From contig JAYZQT010000032.1 in the NCBI GenBank assembly GCA_036136335.1, positions 123,038-187,037 of the forward strand: a DNA stretch of 64,000 nucleotides, written 5' to 3'. Each line of letters starts with the position of its first letter. Positions within the stretch are counted from its first letter, which is position 1. The notes beneath the pieces were generated by a model, which was not told the origin of the DNA, searched no databases, and saw nothing but the letters and a program-made list of their open reading frames with translations. Positions 56,407 to 64,000 of this stretch are shown one piece after another. The stretch comes from Pseudomonadota bacterium (GTDB taxonomy: Bacteria; Pseudomonadota; Alphaproteobacteria; MPNO01; UBA830). Made by a program: the position numbers and the translations under genes.

Positions 56407-57413
56407 CCGTTCATTTCCGCGACTAGACCCTCTGCAACCATCCTGCGAGCCAGTGTTATGCCCCGGTCATTGTTAACGTTCATCATCAGGTCGTCCGTCC
56501 CGTCCAGTTTCAGCAACTCATGCTGCTCTTCGAGAATGATTTGATCTTCGTCGAAGGTCTGCTCGATGGCCTTCTGGATTTTTTCTGTGATCGCGTCGTC
56601 TCCATAGCTGAAGGCCCGCGAGACGCCCCAGAAATAATGTAGCCTGTCTGGTGTTGCCGGAGTGATCGCATTCAACACTTCCCACCTCAGACCCTGCTCG
56701 AAATCGTTTGTTCCTGTGTCCACCGCGCGTGCGTCAATCCATACGAACGACGGCGCCTGAAAGCGGATCAACTGATAACGGTCAACCTTTCCATCAAAGT
56801 TTACGCATTGAGAGAACAGCGGCGGTGGATCACAATTTCGGACGATACGGTCCACGTGAACCGTGCAATTCTCCCTTCGGGCTTCGATCGGTACTTCTGC
56901 CAGTTCAGCATGGCCAATGGTTGCTTTGTGAACAAAGGTCTCGTGCGTCAGGTCGAGAAGGTTATCAACGAGAAGCTGATAGTTGCAGTCCATCTGACGG
57001 TAGCCATGGTTCACCGTCCAGCCATCTTTTTGCATCCAGTGAAAGTCGGGAATGAGTTCTTCGTCGGCCTGATCTGCATCCCCGGGCCATATCCAAACCC
57101 AGCCATGCTTTTCAACAACCGGCGGTTTTCGAGCCTTAAACTGGGCCGGAATTTTTATTTGTCCGGGTATGCGTCTACAGCTCCCGTCCGGCCCAAAACT
57201 CAGGCCGTGATATCCGCAGGTGAGCGTATCACCCGACAAAACCCCCTTGGACAGGGCAAAGCGCCTGTGAGGACAGCGATCATCAAAAATGACCGGATCT
57301 CCACTATCGCCTCGAAACATGACATATGGTTCGTCCAGCAACCACCGTTGGATCAGTTCCCGACTAAGCTCGGCGCTGGTCGCTGCCACATACCACCGGT
57401 TTTTCAGATACAC
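56397..57413 (-). CDS. Rieske [2Fe-2S] non-haem-iron oxygenase, VanA / phthalate-family alpha subunit
   Basis: It has the N-terminus NRWYVAATSAEL and the Rieske motif CPHRRFALSKG...CGYHG. The His/Asp region DNLLDLTHETFVH is present. The protein is 338 aa. Confidence 0.85.
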   Translation of the reverse strand: MYLKNRWYVAATSAELSRELIQRWLLDEPYVMFRGDSGDPVIFDDRCPHRRFALSKGVLSGDTLTCGYHGLSFGPDGSCRRIPGQIKIPAQFKARKPPVVEKHGWVWIWPGDADQADEELIPDFHWMQKDGWTVNHGYRQMDCNYQLLVDNLLDLTHETFVHKATIGHAELAEVPIEARRENCTVHVDRIVRNCDPPPLFSQCVNFDGKVDRYQLIRFQAPSFVWIDARAVDTGTNDFEQGLRWEVLNAITPATPDRLHYFWGVSRAFSYGDDAITEKIQKAIEQTFDEDQIILEEQHELLKLDGTDDLMMNVNNDRGITLARRMVAEGLVAEMNGCP

Positions 57414-57424
57414 ATTAATCTCCG

Positions 57425-58414
57425 TCAGGTTAGCCTTGGGCTCAGTTTCACACGATCTGGGACCTTGTGTCCCCTGTTCTCAGTCCGAGCCCGTTGGAGA
57501 ATGTCAATAGCCAACGCCAGATCGGATAATCCCATACCCATAGCCTTGAATAGTGTTATGTCCGCGTCGACAGGTCGTAATACATTATCTGCGAGGATGG
57601 ATGCGATGCTTTTTACCTCCTTCCATGCCTCTTCGTCATTTCCGAAATGTGTTCGAAATTCACTCGAAAGATCCCGTACACTTTGAACCGAATCAACTGC
57701 GATAAGGCCGGCCCGTGCGAAAACATCTTCTGTAAATTCCTTACGGGCGGGAACGATTGCCCCCATGGCATTCAGATGGCTGCCCTTTGCCATCATATCG
57801 GATGTCAAAAACGGAGACGTTGAATTCGTGATCAGAGTAACCAGCGGTGATTGGTTGACGGCTTCTCTGGGGGTATCGACCGCACGTGTTGGAATGCCGA
57901 GAGTATCTGTGACTTCATTTGCAAATATATGACGGGTTGCTGGGTTTCTGCTTGACACCCGCACCTCCTTCAACGGGCGCACGGCGTGGACGGCGGCAAT
58001 TTGGGGGAGAGCCTGCTTGCCCGTTCCCACGACCCCCATGCTGTCTGCGCCTGTCGGTGCCAGTCTTTTGGTTCCGACGCCTGTGACCGCGGCGGTGCGC
58101 ATCTGACCCAAAGCGGTGGCTTCTATAACTGCAAGACACGCCCCATCCACCATCGAAAAGAGGGTCACTGTCGTTTCAGATTTTCCCTGAACGTTTATCC
58201 AGGTTTTGAAGCCGCAGATCCCTTCGCTTGGAACAGCGCCACCGATTGCGTGCATGGCGTCGTTATCCGCAACCATCAAATGTGTTTTGGGCATGCTCGC
58301 CGCCTGTTCCGAGATTTCCAACCCAAGTACTTTCTCTAGGGCGTTGATTGCTTCGGGCAGACTTATCAGGTCGATAACGTCGGCTTCGGTGATCCAGATC
58401 GGTGCAACAACCAT
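57425..58414 (-). CDS. ornithine cyclodeaminase / mu-crystallin family NAD(P) enzyme
   Basis: A 329-aa protein with MRTAAVTGVGTKRLA, the Rossmann motif MGVVGTGKQA and an AMGAI block, typical of the OCD/ketimine reductase family. Confidence 0.8.
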   Translation of the reverse strand: MVVAPIWITEADVIDLISLPEAINALEKVLGLEISEQAASMPKTHLMVADNDAMHAIGGAVPSEGICGFKTWINVQGKSETTVTLFSMVDGACLAVIEATALGQMRTAAVTGVGTKRLAPTGADSMGVVGTGKQALPQIAAVHAVRPLKEVRVSSRNPATRHIFANEVTDTLGIPTRAVDTPREAVNQSPLVTLITNSTSPFLTSDMMAKGSHLNAMGAIVPARKEFTEDVFARAGLIAVDSVQSVRDLSSEFRTHFGNDEEAWKEVKSIASILADNVLRPVDADITLFKAMGMGLSDLALAIDILQRARTENRGHKVPDRVKLSPRLT

Positions 58415-58571
58415 AAACTAGGGTACCTGTCGGTTTGTGATCCGGAAAATATTACCCCAACCGGTCTCGCTTGAGAAACCTTACCAAGGGTCGGATGTTT
58501 GGGGTGGCGCGCGCGACGGAATGGCTACAGAATTTCTCGCTTCGACGACGACATTACATAAGCCTCGGGGT

Positions 58572-59510
58572 ATGGTGACTTTCATGATGGCAAACAATCC
58601 TTCAGAGGAACAAACTCCCGGCCCGGGCGAGATCTTTCTTGATCATGTGGGCTGGTTTGTTCCCGATATTGACCAGGCTTCAAGTGCGTTTGAACTGCTT
58701 GGATTTCCGTTGACCCCCTTTACCATCCATATGAATGAGCATCCGGATGGGAGCCGCCTGCCCTCAGGAACGGCCAACCGGTGTGCAATGATTAGACGGG
58801 GGTACCTTGAGATACTTACGCGCCTTCCGGACGTAGATTCCGCGATTACACAACAGATGGATGCTGGCCTTGCACGCTATACAGGCCTTCATCTGATTGC
58901 ATTTACCGTTTCAGATACTGATGCGTTCACCCGCAGGCTCAGGCAGCAGGGCTTCGATCCCGATCTGCCTGTAGCTTTACGTCGTCCGATGCCTATGGAT
59001 GATGGGAGTGAAAAAACCGCGGCATTTTCTGTGGTCCGTCTACCATCAGATGCTATGGCCGAGGGGAGGGTCCAGGCGCTCAGTCAGGACACACCGGACA
59101 TTGTCTGGCAGCCCTCTCTGATTGCGAGAGAAAACGGTGCTGAAATGCTTTCCGGCGTGCTAATTGCATCGCCGGATCCGACGGAGACCGCGCAACGATA
59201 TGAAAAATTCACTTCGAGGACCAAAAAGAAATCCGAATTCGGATACAGTATCGCACTAGACCGTGGCACAATATGTGTCTGTTCGGAGGTTAAGTGTTCG
59301 GAGCTGCTCGTTCAAATTGACATTCCCAGCTTGCCCTTTATCGCGGCTGTTTCAATCAGTTGTAAAGATATGTCAGAAACCCGTTCTTTCCTTCATGAAC
59401 GTAATGTTCCATTGCTGTCGGACGAGCCACAAAAAATGATTGTAGAACGCCAGGCAGGTGTCGGGGCGGCCTTGGTATTCCACGCTTCCGACACGCCGCC
59501 TTTCCCGTGA
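58572..59510 (+). CDS. glyoxalase-like (VOC-fold) domain protein of unknown function
   Basis: It contains FLDHVGWFVPDIDQASSAFELLGFPLTPF and LHLIAFTVSD blocks. The start is uncertain (GTG 58437, ATG 58521, 58572 or 58584). Position 58572 leaves a realistic divergent promoter gap. Confidence 0.5.
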   Translation: MVTFMMANNPSEEQTPGPGEIFLDHVGWFVPDIDQASSAFELLGFPLTPFTIHMNEHPDGSRLPSGTANRCAMIRRGYLEILTRLPDVDSAITQQMDAGLARYTGLHLIAFTVSDTDAFTRRLRQQGFDPDLPVALRRPMPMDDGSEKTAAFSVVRLPSDAMAEGRVQALSQDTPDIVWQPSLIARENGAEMLSGVLIASPDPTETAQRYEKFTSRTKKKSEFGYSIALDRGTICVCSEVKCSELLVQIDIPSLPFIAAVSISCKDMSETRSFLHERNVPLLSDEPQKMIVERQAGVGAALVFHASDTPPFP

Positions 59511-60061
59511 ACCTGACTGATGTCTGGCTTTTCGGTTATGGCTCATTGGTGTGGAGACCGGATTTTCCATTCGATGAAGTCCGTGTCGCCACAATTGCCG
59601 GGTGGTCCCGCCGTTTCTGGCAGGGTTCCACCGATCATCGCGGGGTGCCTGGGTCGCCGGGGCGGGTAGTGACACTTGTAGAAGATCCGGAAGCGGTGTG
59701 CATTGGGCGGGCCTACCTTGTAGATAATGCCAATCGTGCAATGGTGCTCAGGAAGCTGGATTTTAGAGAAAAGGGAGGATACTCGCTCCGCAATATTGAG
59801 GTCACTTTTCCCGAAAATGGAGGAACAAAAGCGGGGGCCCTAGTCTATATCGCCGGACCAGATAATTCCGAATGGCTAGGAGCTGCGTTGCCCGATGAGA
59901 TTGCGGAACAGATTTCGGGAAGCAGCGGACCATCTGGCAACAATGACGAATATGTCAAGAGGTTGGCTGGTGCCCTGAGGGATATTGGAGCGCAGGATAC
60001 ACATGTCTTCGAAATAGCAGCTCTGGTGTCTTCTTTGTCTTCGCGACGGGGGGAGGGTTAA
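59507..60061 (+). CDS. chaC: ChaC-family gamma-glutamylcyclotransferase (glutathione-specific)
   Basis: It contains the motif LFGYGSLVWRPDFPF, then GVPGSPGRVVTL and REKGGY blocks. The GTG start overlaps the upstream stop codon. Confidence 0.85.
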   Translation: MNLTDVWLFGYGSLVWRPDFPFDEVRVATIAGWSRRFWQGSTDHRGVPGSPGRVVTLVEDPEAVCIGRAYLVDNANRAMVLRKLDFREKGGYSLRNIEVTFPENGGTKAGALVYIAGPDNSEWLGAALPDEIAEQISGSSGPSGNNDEYVKRLAGALRDIGAQDTHVFEIAALVSSLSSRRGEG

Positions 60062-60519
60062 ATGTAGTCCAGAGGCAGTGCTGTGGTATATTTGATCTGC
60101 TCCATTGAAAATGATGAACTGACATCATAAAGCTCCACATTCTCAATTAGTCTCTGATAGAAATCGTCGTAGGCGGCTATGTCCGGTACCACTACACGAA
60201 GAAGGTAATCGATATCGCCGGACATTCGGTAAAATTCCACGACCTCCGGGAAGGCATCCACCACTCGCGAAAAAGTTTGAAACCAGCCAGCATTATGTTT
60301 ATCGGTTTTTATCGAAACGAAAACCGTGACGGCAACGTTAAGCTTTTCGGAATCCAGTAGTGCTACCCGGGACTGTATAACTCCTGTCTGTTCCATCTTC
60401 TGAATCCGACGCCAACAGGGCGTCGTTGATAACCCGACAGATTGCGCAATTTCCGCGACGGTAACTGTCGAATTTTTTTGCAGGATATTAAGTATTTTCT
60501 TATCAATCAGATCAAGCAA
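60058..60519 (-). CDS. Lrp/AsnC-family transcriptional regulator
   Basis: The HTH is LDLIDKKILNILQKNSTVTVAEIAQSVGLSTTPCWRRIQKMEQTGVI, followed by a RAM/AsnC_trans_reg domain. The protein is 153 aa. Confidence 0.9.
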   Translation of the reverse strand: MLDLIDKKILNILQKNSTVTVAEIAQSVGLSTTPCWRRIQKMEQTGVIQSRVALLDSEKLNVAVTVFVSIKTDKHNAGWFQTFSRVVDAFPEVVEFYRMSGDIDYLLRVVVPDIAAYDDFYQRLIENVELYDVSSSFSMEQIKYTTALPLDYI

Positions 60520-60620
60520 GGAAATTTTCCTATTTTTTTACACTATGAAAGCAAATATTATTAAAAAAATACAAATTATAAGAAAAAACGCAAATACATC
60601 ATTCAAAAAAACCGTAAACT
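60520..60620. promoter_or_regulatory. AT-rich divergent control region between the lrp-like gene and the cysteine-dioxygenase-like gene
   Basis: About 100 bp that is very A/T-rich by eye, with A-tracts (ttttttta, aaaaaaa, aaaaaac). This is the typical setting for Lrp-family autoregulation and target control. No operator could be defined. Confidence 0.3.
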
Positions 60621-61193
60621 ATGGACATAATACCGACAACGCTGGGCGCGCGGAGGGATCGGGTGGTTTGGAGTGATTTTTCGCAAAATGTTGGGGCGGT
60701 GCTTGCGCGTAACCTACCTGAAGAGGTGCCACAGTTGGTTGCTGGTCTCCTTCCTGACCTTCTGGATGATCGCGGCGTTCTGACTGAGGCGCACAAGGCG
60801 AATTCGCTCTCCGGTTACAAACGAAACAGCGTGTTTTTATCCCCAAATGATGATTTTTCAATTCTGGCTGTCGTGTGGCCGCCCGGAATCGTATCTCCTA
60901 TCCATAATCATCAAACATGGTGCACCTTTGGCGTCTTCGAGGGCGTCATACGAGAAACCTGTTATCGGGTAGATCAACGGGCCGCTCACAAATCAGATAC
61001 TGTTGTTGTTGACGCCGTTGACTTGGTGGCTGGCAATATTTCTCATATGACCCCTGATGGAGGTGACATTCACTCCATGCATAATCCAACTGAAAAAAAC
61101 GCCGTGACAATCCATGTTTATGGTGGAAATTCCGACAAACTTGGAGCCAACGTGCGGCATATATATCAAAATTCCGCTGCGGACGTGGCTTGA
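60621..61193 (+). CDS. cysteine dioxygenase type I-like cupin (thiol dioxygenase)
   Basis: It has a 3-His-type pattern (SPIHNHQTW ... DIHSMHN) and a YKRN block that aligns with the YTRN (Tyr58/Arg60) of mammalian CDO. IHVYGG aligns with the catalytic Tyr157 region. Confidence 0.6.
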   Translation: MDIIPTTLGARRDRVVWSDFSQNVGAVLARNLPEEVPQLVAGLLPDLLDDRGVLTEAHKANSLSGYKRNSVFLSPNDDFSILAVVWPPGIVSPIHNHQTWCTFGVFEGVIRETCYRVDQRAAHKSDTVVVDAVDLVAGNISHMTPDGGDIHSMHNPTEKNAVTIHVYGGNSDKLGANVRHIYQNSAADVA

Positions 61194-61279
61194 CGGGAAC
61201 CGCTCAAACGCGTTAAGCCGCAAACAAGTGATGTCCCGCTAGGAGGCAGCACGGGTTTTGCGTCAAAAGGAGAGATATT

Positions 61280-62287
61280 GTGCGCGCAGTCGTTCTGCAT
61301 GAACATGGTGACATAGAGAACCTGACCTTTCACGGAGACTACGCGAATCCAGATTGTGGTGAAAACCAGGTAATAATCCGGGTCCGGGCAACGTCACTAA
61401 ACTATCATGACGTGTTTACAACCCGCGGCATGCCCGGCATTAAAGTGCCGCTGCCGCTCGTTATCGGTCTGGATATCTCGGGAGAAATTCTGGAAGTCGG
61501 GGTAGGCGTTCAAGGTTGGTCTGCAGGTGACCGGGTGCTCGTCAATCCACTGGATCCAATTACACCCGAGAACGGACTGATGGGCGAAATGCTAGATGGT
61601 GGCACCGCAGAACTTTGTGCCGTAGATGCTACACGGCTTATCAGTATTCCTGATGGCTGTTCCTACGAACAGGCTGCCGCACTTCCAGTGGCTTACGGTA
61701 CTGCCCATCGAATGATGATTACGAATGGGCGGATGAAGGGTGGTGAGAAGGTACTGATACTGGGAGCGTCTGGTGGCGTTGGTTCCTGCTGTGTGTTACT
61801 CGCAAAGATGATGGGGTGCGAAGTCGTCGCTGCCGGGTCTAGCCCGGAAAAACTGTCGGCACTAAAAACGTGGGGTGCGGACCACGTTATCGGATATGAA
61901 AATTTTGAGAAGACGATATATGGGATTTACGGTAAGCCACATCGTCGCAAGTTTGAGGGTGGGGTTGATGTGGCGATCAATTTCACCGGTGGAGACACCT
62001 GGGTTCCATCTCTTAAGGCAACACAACGCGGCGGCAAAATTATAACCTGCGGAGCGACTGCAGGTTTCGACCCGAAAGAGGACCTGCGTTATGTCTGGAC
62101 TTTTGAGTTACAGATCCTCGGCTCTAACTCCTGGTCAGTGGACGACTTGGAAACGCTGATGCAGTTGATTGCCGATAAAAAACTGATGCCGGTAATAGAC
62201 ACGGTCCTGCCACTTGAAAAGACCGCTGAGGGGGTACGTCAACTGCGCGACCGCGAAGTCATTGGAAAGATCGTTATCACCCCGTGA
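61280..62287 (+). CDS. MDR-family zinc-type alcohol dehydrogenase / quinone oxidoreductase-like
   Basis: It contains MRAVVLHEHG, SLNYHDV, the NAD(P) motif ILGASGGVGSCCV and a terminal GKIVITP. The start codon is GTG. Confidence 0.85.
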   Translation: MRAVVLHEHGDIENLTFHGDYANPDCGENQVIIRVRATSLNYHDVFTTRGMPGIKVPLPLVIGLDISGEILEVGVGVQGWSAGDRVLVNPLDPITPENGLMGEMLDGGTAELCAVDATRLISIPDGCSYEQAAALPVAYGTAHRMMITNGRMKGGEKVLILGASGGVGSCCVLLAKMMGCEVVAAGSSPEKLSALKTWGADHVIGYENFEKTIYGIYGKPHRRKFEGGVDVAINFTGGDTWVPSLKATQRGGKIITCGATAGFDPKEDLRYVWTFELQILGSNSWSVDDLETLMQLIADKKLMPVIDTVLPLEKTAEGVRQLRDREVIGKIVITP

Positions 62288-62300
62288 CGGGCGACACGCT

Positions 62301-63836
62301 ATGAAAGTAACAGAATCCGGTAATTTGGGGGACGTGTTTGCGGCTCATGCTGCGTCCGACAGGACTGCAGTGGTCGATTTATATGATCCGGAGCATCCGC
62401 GCGAGTGCTCGTATCGGGAGTTCAACGCAGCCTGTGACGCCGTTGCGAATGGTCTGTTGATGGCTGGGCTCGAGCCGGGAAACCGGGTCGGTATTATGGC
62501 ACTCAATCGCGTTGAATACCTTGAGGTCCTGTTCGGTGCGATGCGTGCCGGGTGTGTACCCGTCATGATCAACATCAAGCTTACCGATGATACAGTCAAA
62601 TTCATTTTACATGATGCTGGCATTGGGCTGGTTTTTGCTGATCCGGACCAGGCTGAGCGCGTTCCGTCCGGAATCCGCACCATTATTTTTGGTGACGGGG
62701 CTGACCCGTATGTCAATTTCAAAATTTCTTTACCAGGTCCTTTTCCATCCTTCTTTCCGGGCGCTGATGATATAGCGGAACAACCGTATACGTCAGGTTC
62801 AACAGGTCGCCCCAAAGGCGTTCTGCTTGACCATGTCGGCCAGGTCTGGATGATTGAAAAGATTGTTCAAAGTCGGGATATTCGGGAAGACGATTGTTCC
62901 GTGATCTCGGCACCCCTGTATCATAAAAACGCGCTTCTAGCCGTCAAGTCGGCGCTTTCGGCTGGCGGCAGGATTGTAATTTTTTCCCGTTTTGACGCCG
63001 TGGAATATGTGCAGGCGATCGAAACCTACCAGCTCACCATGTTGACGGGTGTTCCAACCATGTATGCGTTGATACTTCAGGAAGCCGAGGTTCTGAACCG
63101 TACCGAGCTGTCATCAGTCCGCAACTGTTCGATGGGATCAGCCCCTGCATCTGAAAACCTTCTTGATAACCTGGCGGCCAGGTTTCCTGATGCGAAGCTG
63201 AACCTGAATTATGGTATAACCGAAGGTGGCCCCATTCTGTTTGCCTGGTCTCACCCTGATGGTCTTCAGCGGCCCCGGACATCGGTTGGTTTTCCTCTCG
63301 ATGGTGTGAAATTAAAACTTGTTGGAGGGACGGATGAACGCCAGGGCGTACTCTACGTCAAAAGTCCGGGCGTAATGAAAGGGTATCATAACCTTCCTGA
63401 CGAAACCCAAAGGGTACTCAGTGAAGAGGGATGGATTGATACCGGTGACATTCTCCGACGCGACGAGGTCGGCTGGTACTATTTTGTTGACCGAGCTGAC
63501 GACATGTTTGTGTGTGCTGGCGAAAATATATATCCAGGTGAGGTAGAGGCGATGTTGGAGCGCCATGAAGAAATAATGCAGGCTGTGGTTGTTCCGGCGC
63601 CAAGTGCGTTAAAGGCGCATGTGCCCTATGCCTGGGTGGTCAGGCGGGAGGGTGCGACTTTCGATGAACATGCGGTCAAACAATATGCCTTAGAAAACGG
63701 GCCAGCATACGCTCATCCTCGCCGGGTGTTATTTGTCGACGCGATGCCGTTAAGTGGCACAAATAAAATCGATCGACGTTCTCTGGAAGCGCAGGCGGTT
63801 GAATTGGCCAAGGCCGACACACGAATTGATCAATAG
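62301..63836 (+). CDS. AMP-forming acyl-CoA / aryl-CoA ligase
   Basis: The motifs PYTSGSTGRPKGV, NYGITE, IDTGDILRRDEVGWYYFVDRADD and GTNKIDRR are present. The start is taken at ATG 62301 (the ORF-track start at 62214 overlaps the upstream gene). Confidence 0.9.
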   Translation: MKVTESGNLGDVFAAHAASDRTAVVDLYDPEHPRECSYREFNAACDAVANGLLMAGLEPGNRVGIMALNRVEYLEVLFGAMRAGCVPVMINIKLTDDTVKFILHDAGIGLVFADPDQAERVPSGIRTIIFGDGADPYVNFKISLPGPFPSFFPGADDIAEQPYTSGSTGRPKGVLLDHVGQVWMIEKIVQSRDIREDDCSVISAPLYHKNALLAVKSALSAGGRIVIFSRFDAVEYVQAIETYQLTMLTGVPTMYALILQEAEVLNRTELSSVRNCSMGSAPASENLLDNLAARFPDAKLNLNYGITEGGPILFAWSHPDGLQRPRTSVGFPLDGVKLKLVGGTDERQGVLYVKSPGVMKGYHNLPDETQRVLSEEGWIDTGDILRRDEVGWYYFVDRADDMFVCAGENIYPGEVEAMLERHEEIMQAVVVPAPSALKAHVPYAWVVRREGATFDEHAVKQYALENGPAYAHPRRVLFVDAMPLSGTNKIDRRSLEAQAVELAKADTRIDQ

Positions 63837-64000
63837 TGCATGTATGCGGGCAGGGCGAAACTAGCGGTGTGAATTTGCGGTGAGTAGTACCGCATATCAA
63901 GCTGAGTGGAGTTGAAACGGGTCCGAATTGTGTTGATGTCGGTGTTTCTGGCGGTGTGACTTTGCGCACCCCAACCGAGATCCATAAATCCAAATGAATA

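Noticed and set aside
56808-57686. A 292-aa + strand ORF spanning the Rieske/OCD gene junction on the opposite strand.
   Set aside because: It has no motifs and an odd composition. Both minus-strand genes are strongly supported, so its continuity across the 11-nt spacer looks like chance.
1-64000. CRISPR arrays, IS elements, group II introns, retron/DGR reverse transcriptases and known defence-system genes.
   Set aside because: Reading through all intergenic regions and the ORF track, I found no regularly spaced repeats over 20 bp and no transposase-, RT- or nuclease-NTPase-like translations. The only repeats are those listed as features.

Overview
This is a 64-kb chromosomal window of moderate GC (about 50% by eye). 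The gene content suggests a marine alphaproteobacterium, but that is inference only. I found no CRISPR array, transposase, integrase or phage genes.

(1) 1-6.9 kb, housekeeping and redox genes: gatA (3' part), a small membrane ORF, gatB, two tandem YfcG-type glutathione transferases, a carboxymuconolactone-decarboxylase (CMD) family protein plus a ThDP enzyme, and a DUF3303 gene.

(2) 7.2-12.3 kb, a visibly AT-rich accessory islet abutting tRNA-Ser(GCT). It carries small secreted or membrane ORFs and several decayed genes:
- a membrane-anchored ORF cut by one in-frame TAG;
- a 3' relic of a protease paralogue;
- a MORN-repeat trypsin-like protease broken by a 1-nt insertion inside a 79-aa tandem duplication;
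- a ricin-type lectin-like secreted protein;
- three 11-bp direct repeats.

(3) 12.7-18.8 kb: gltB-gltD (glutamate synthase).

(4) 19-64 kb, a dense run of about 40 oxidoreductase, hydrolase and ligase genes:
- hydantoinase/oxoprolinase HyuAB;
- two CoxM-CoxS-CoxL-type molybdenum hydroxylase operons, each associated with an LLM flavin oxygenase and a CMD-family protein;
- PntAB and a UbiD-family decarboxylase;
- a COG0523 metallochaperone GTPase, VOC and cupin dioxygenases;
- amidase-BKACE, three acyl-CoA ligases and an MBL hydrolase;
- a Rieske oxygenase plus flavoprotein plus ornithine-cyclodeaminase operon;
- ChaC, and Lrp with a cysteine-dioxygenase-like cupin.

Between 19 and 60 kb I see no recognisable transporter and no regulator (Lrp at 60 kb is the only regulator in the window).

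The most system-like candidate is the seven-gene operon LLM-CMD-COG0523-VOC-CoxMSL (37.3-44.7 kb). Its LLM/CoxMSL/CMD core recurs at 25.7-31.7 kb. All functional calls rest on motif recognition in the supplied translations; no database search was possible.
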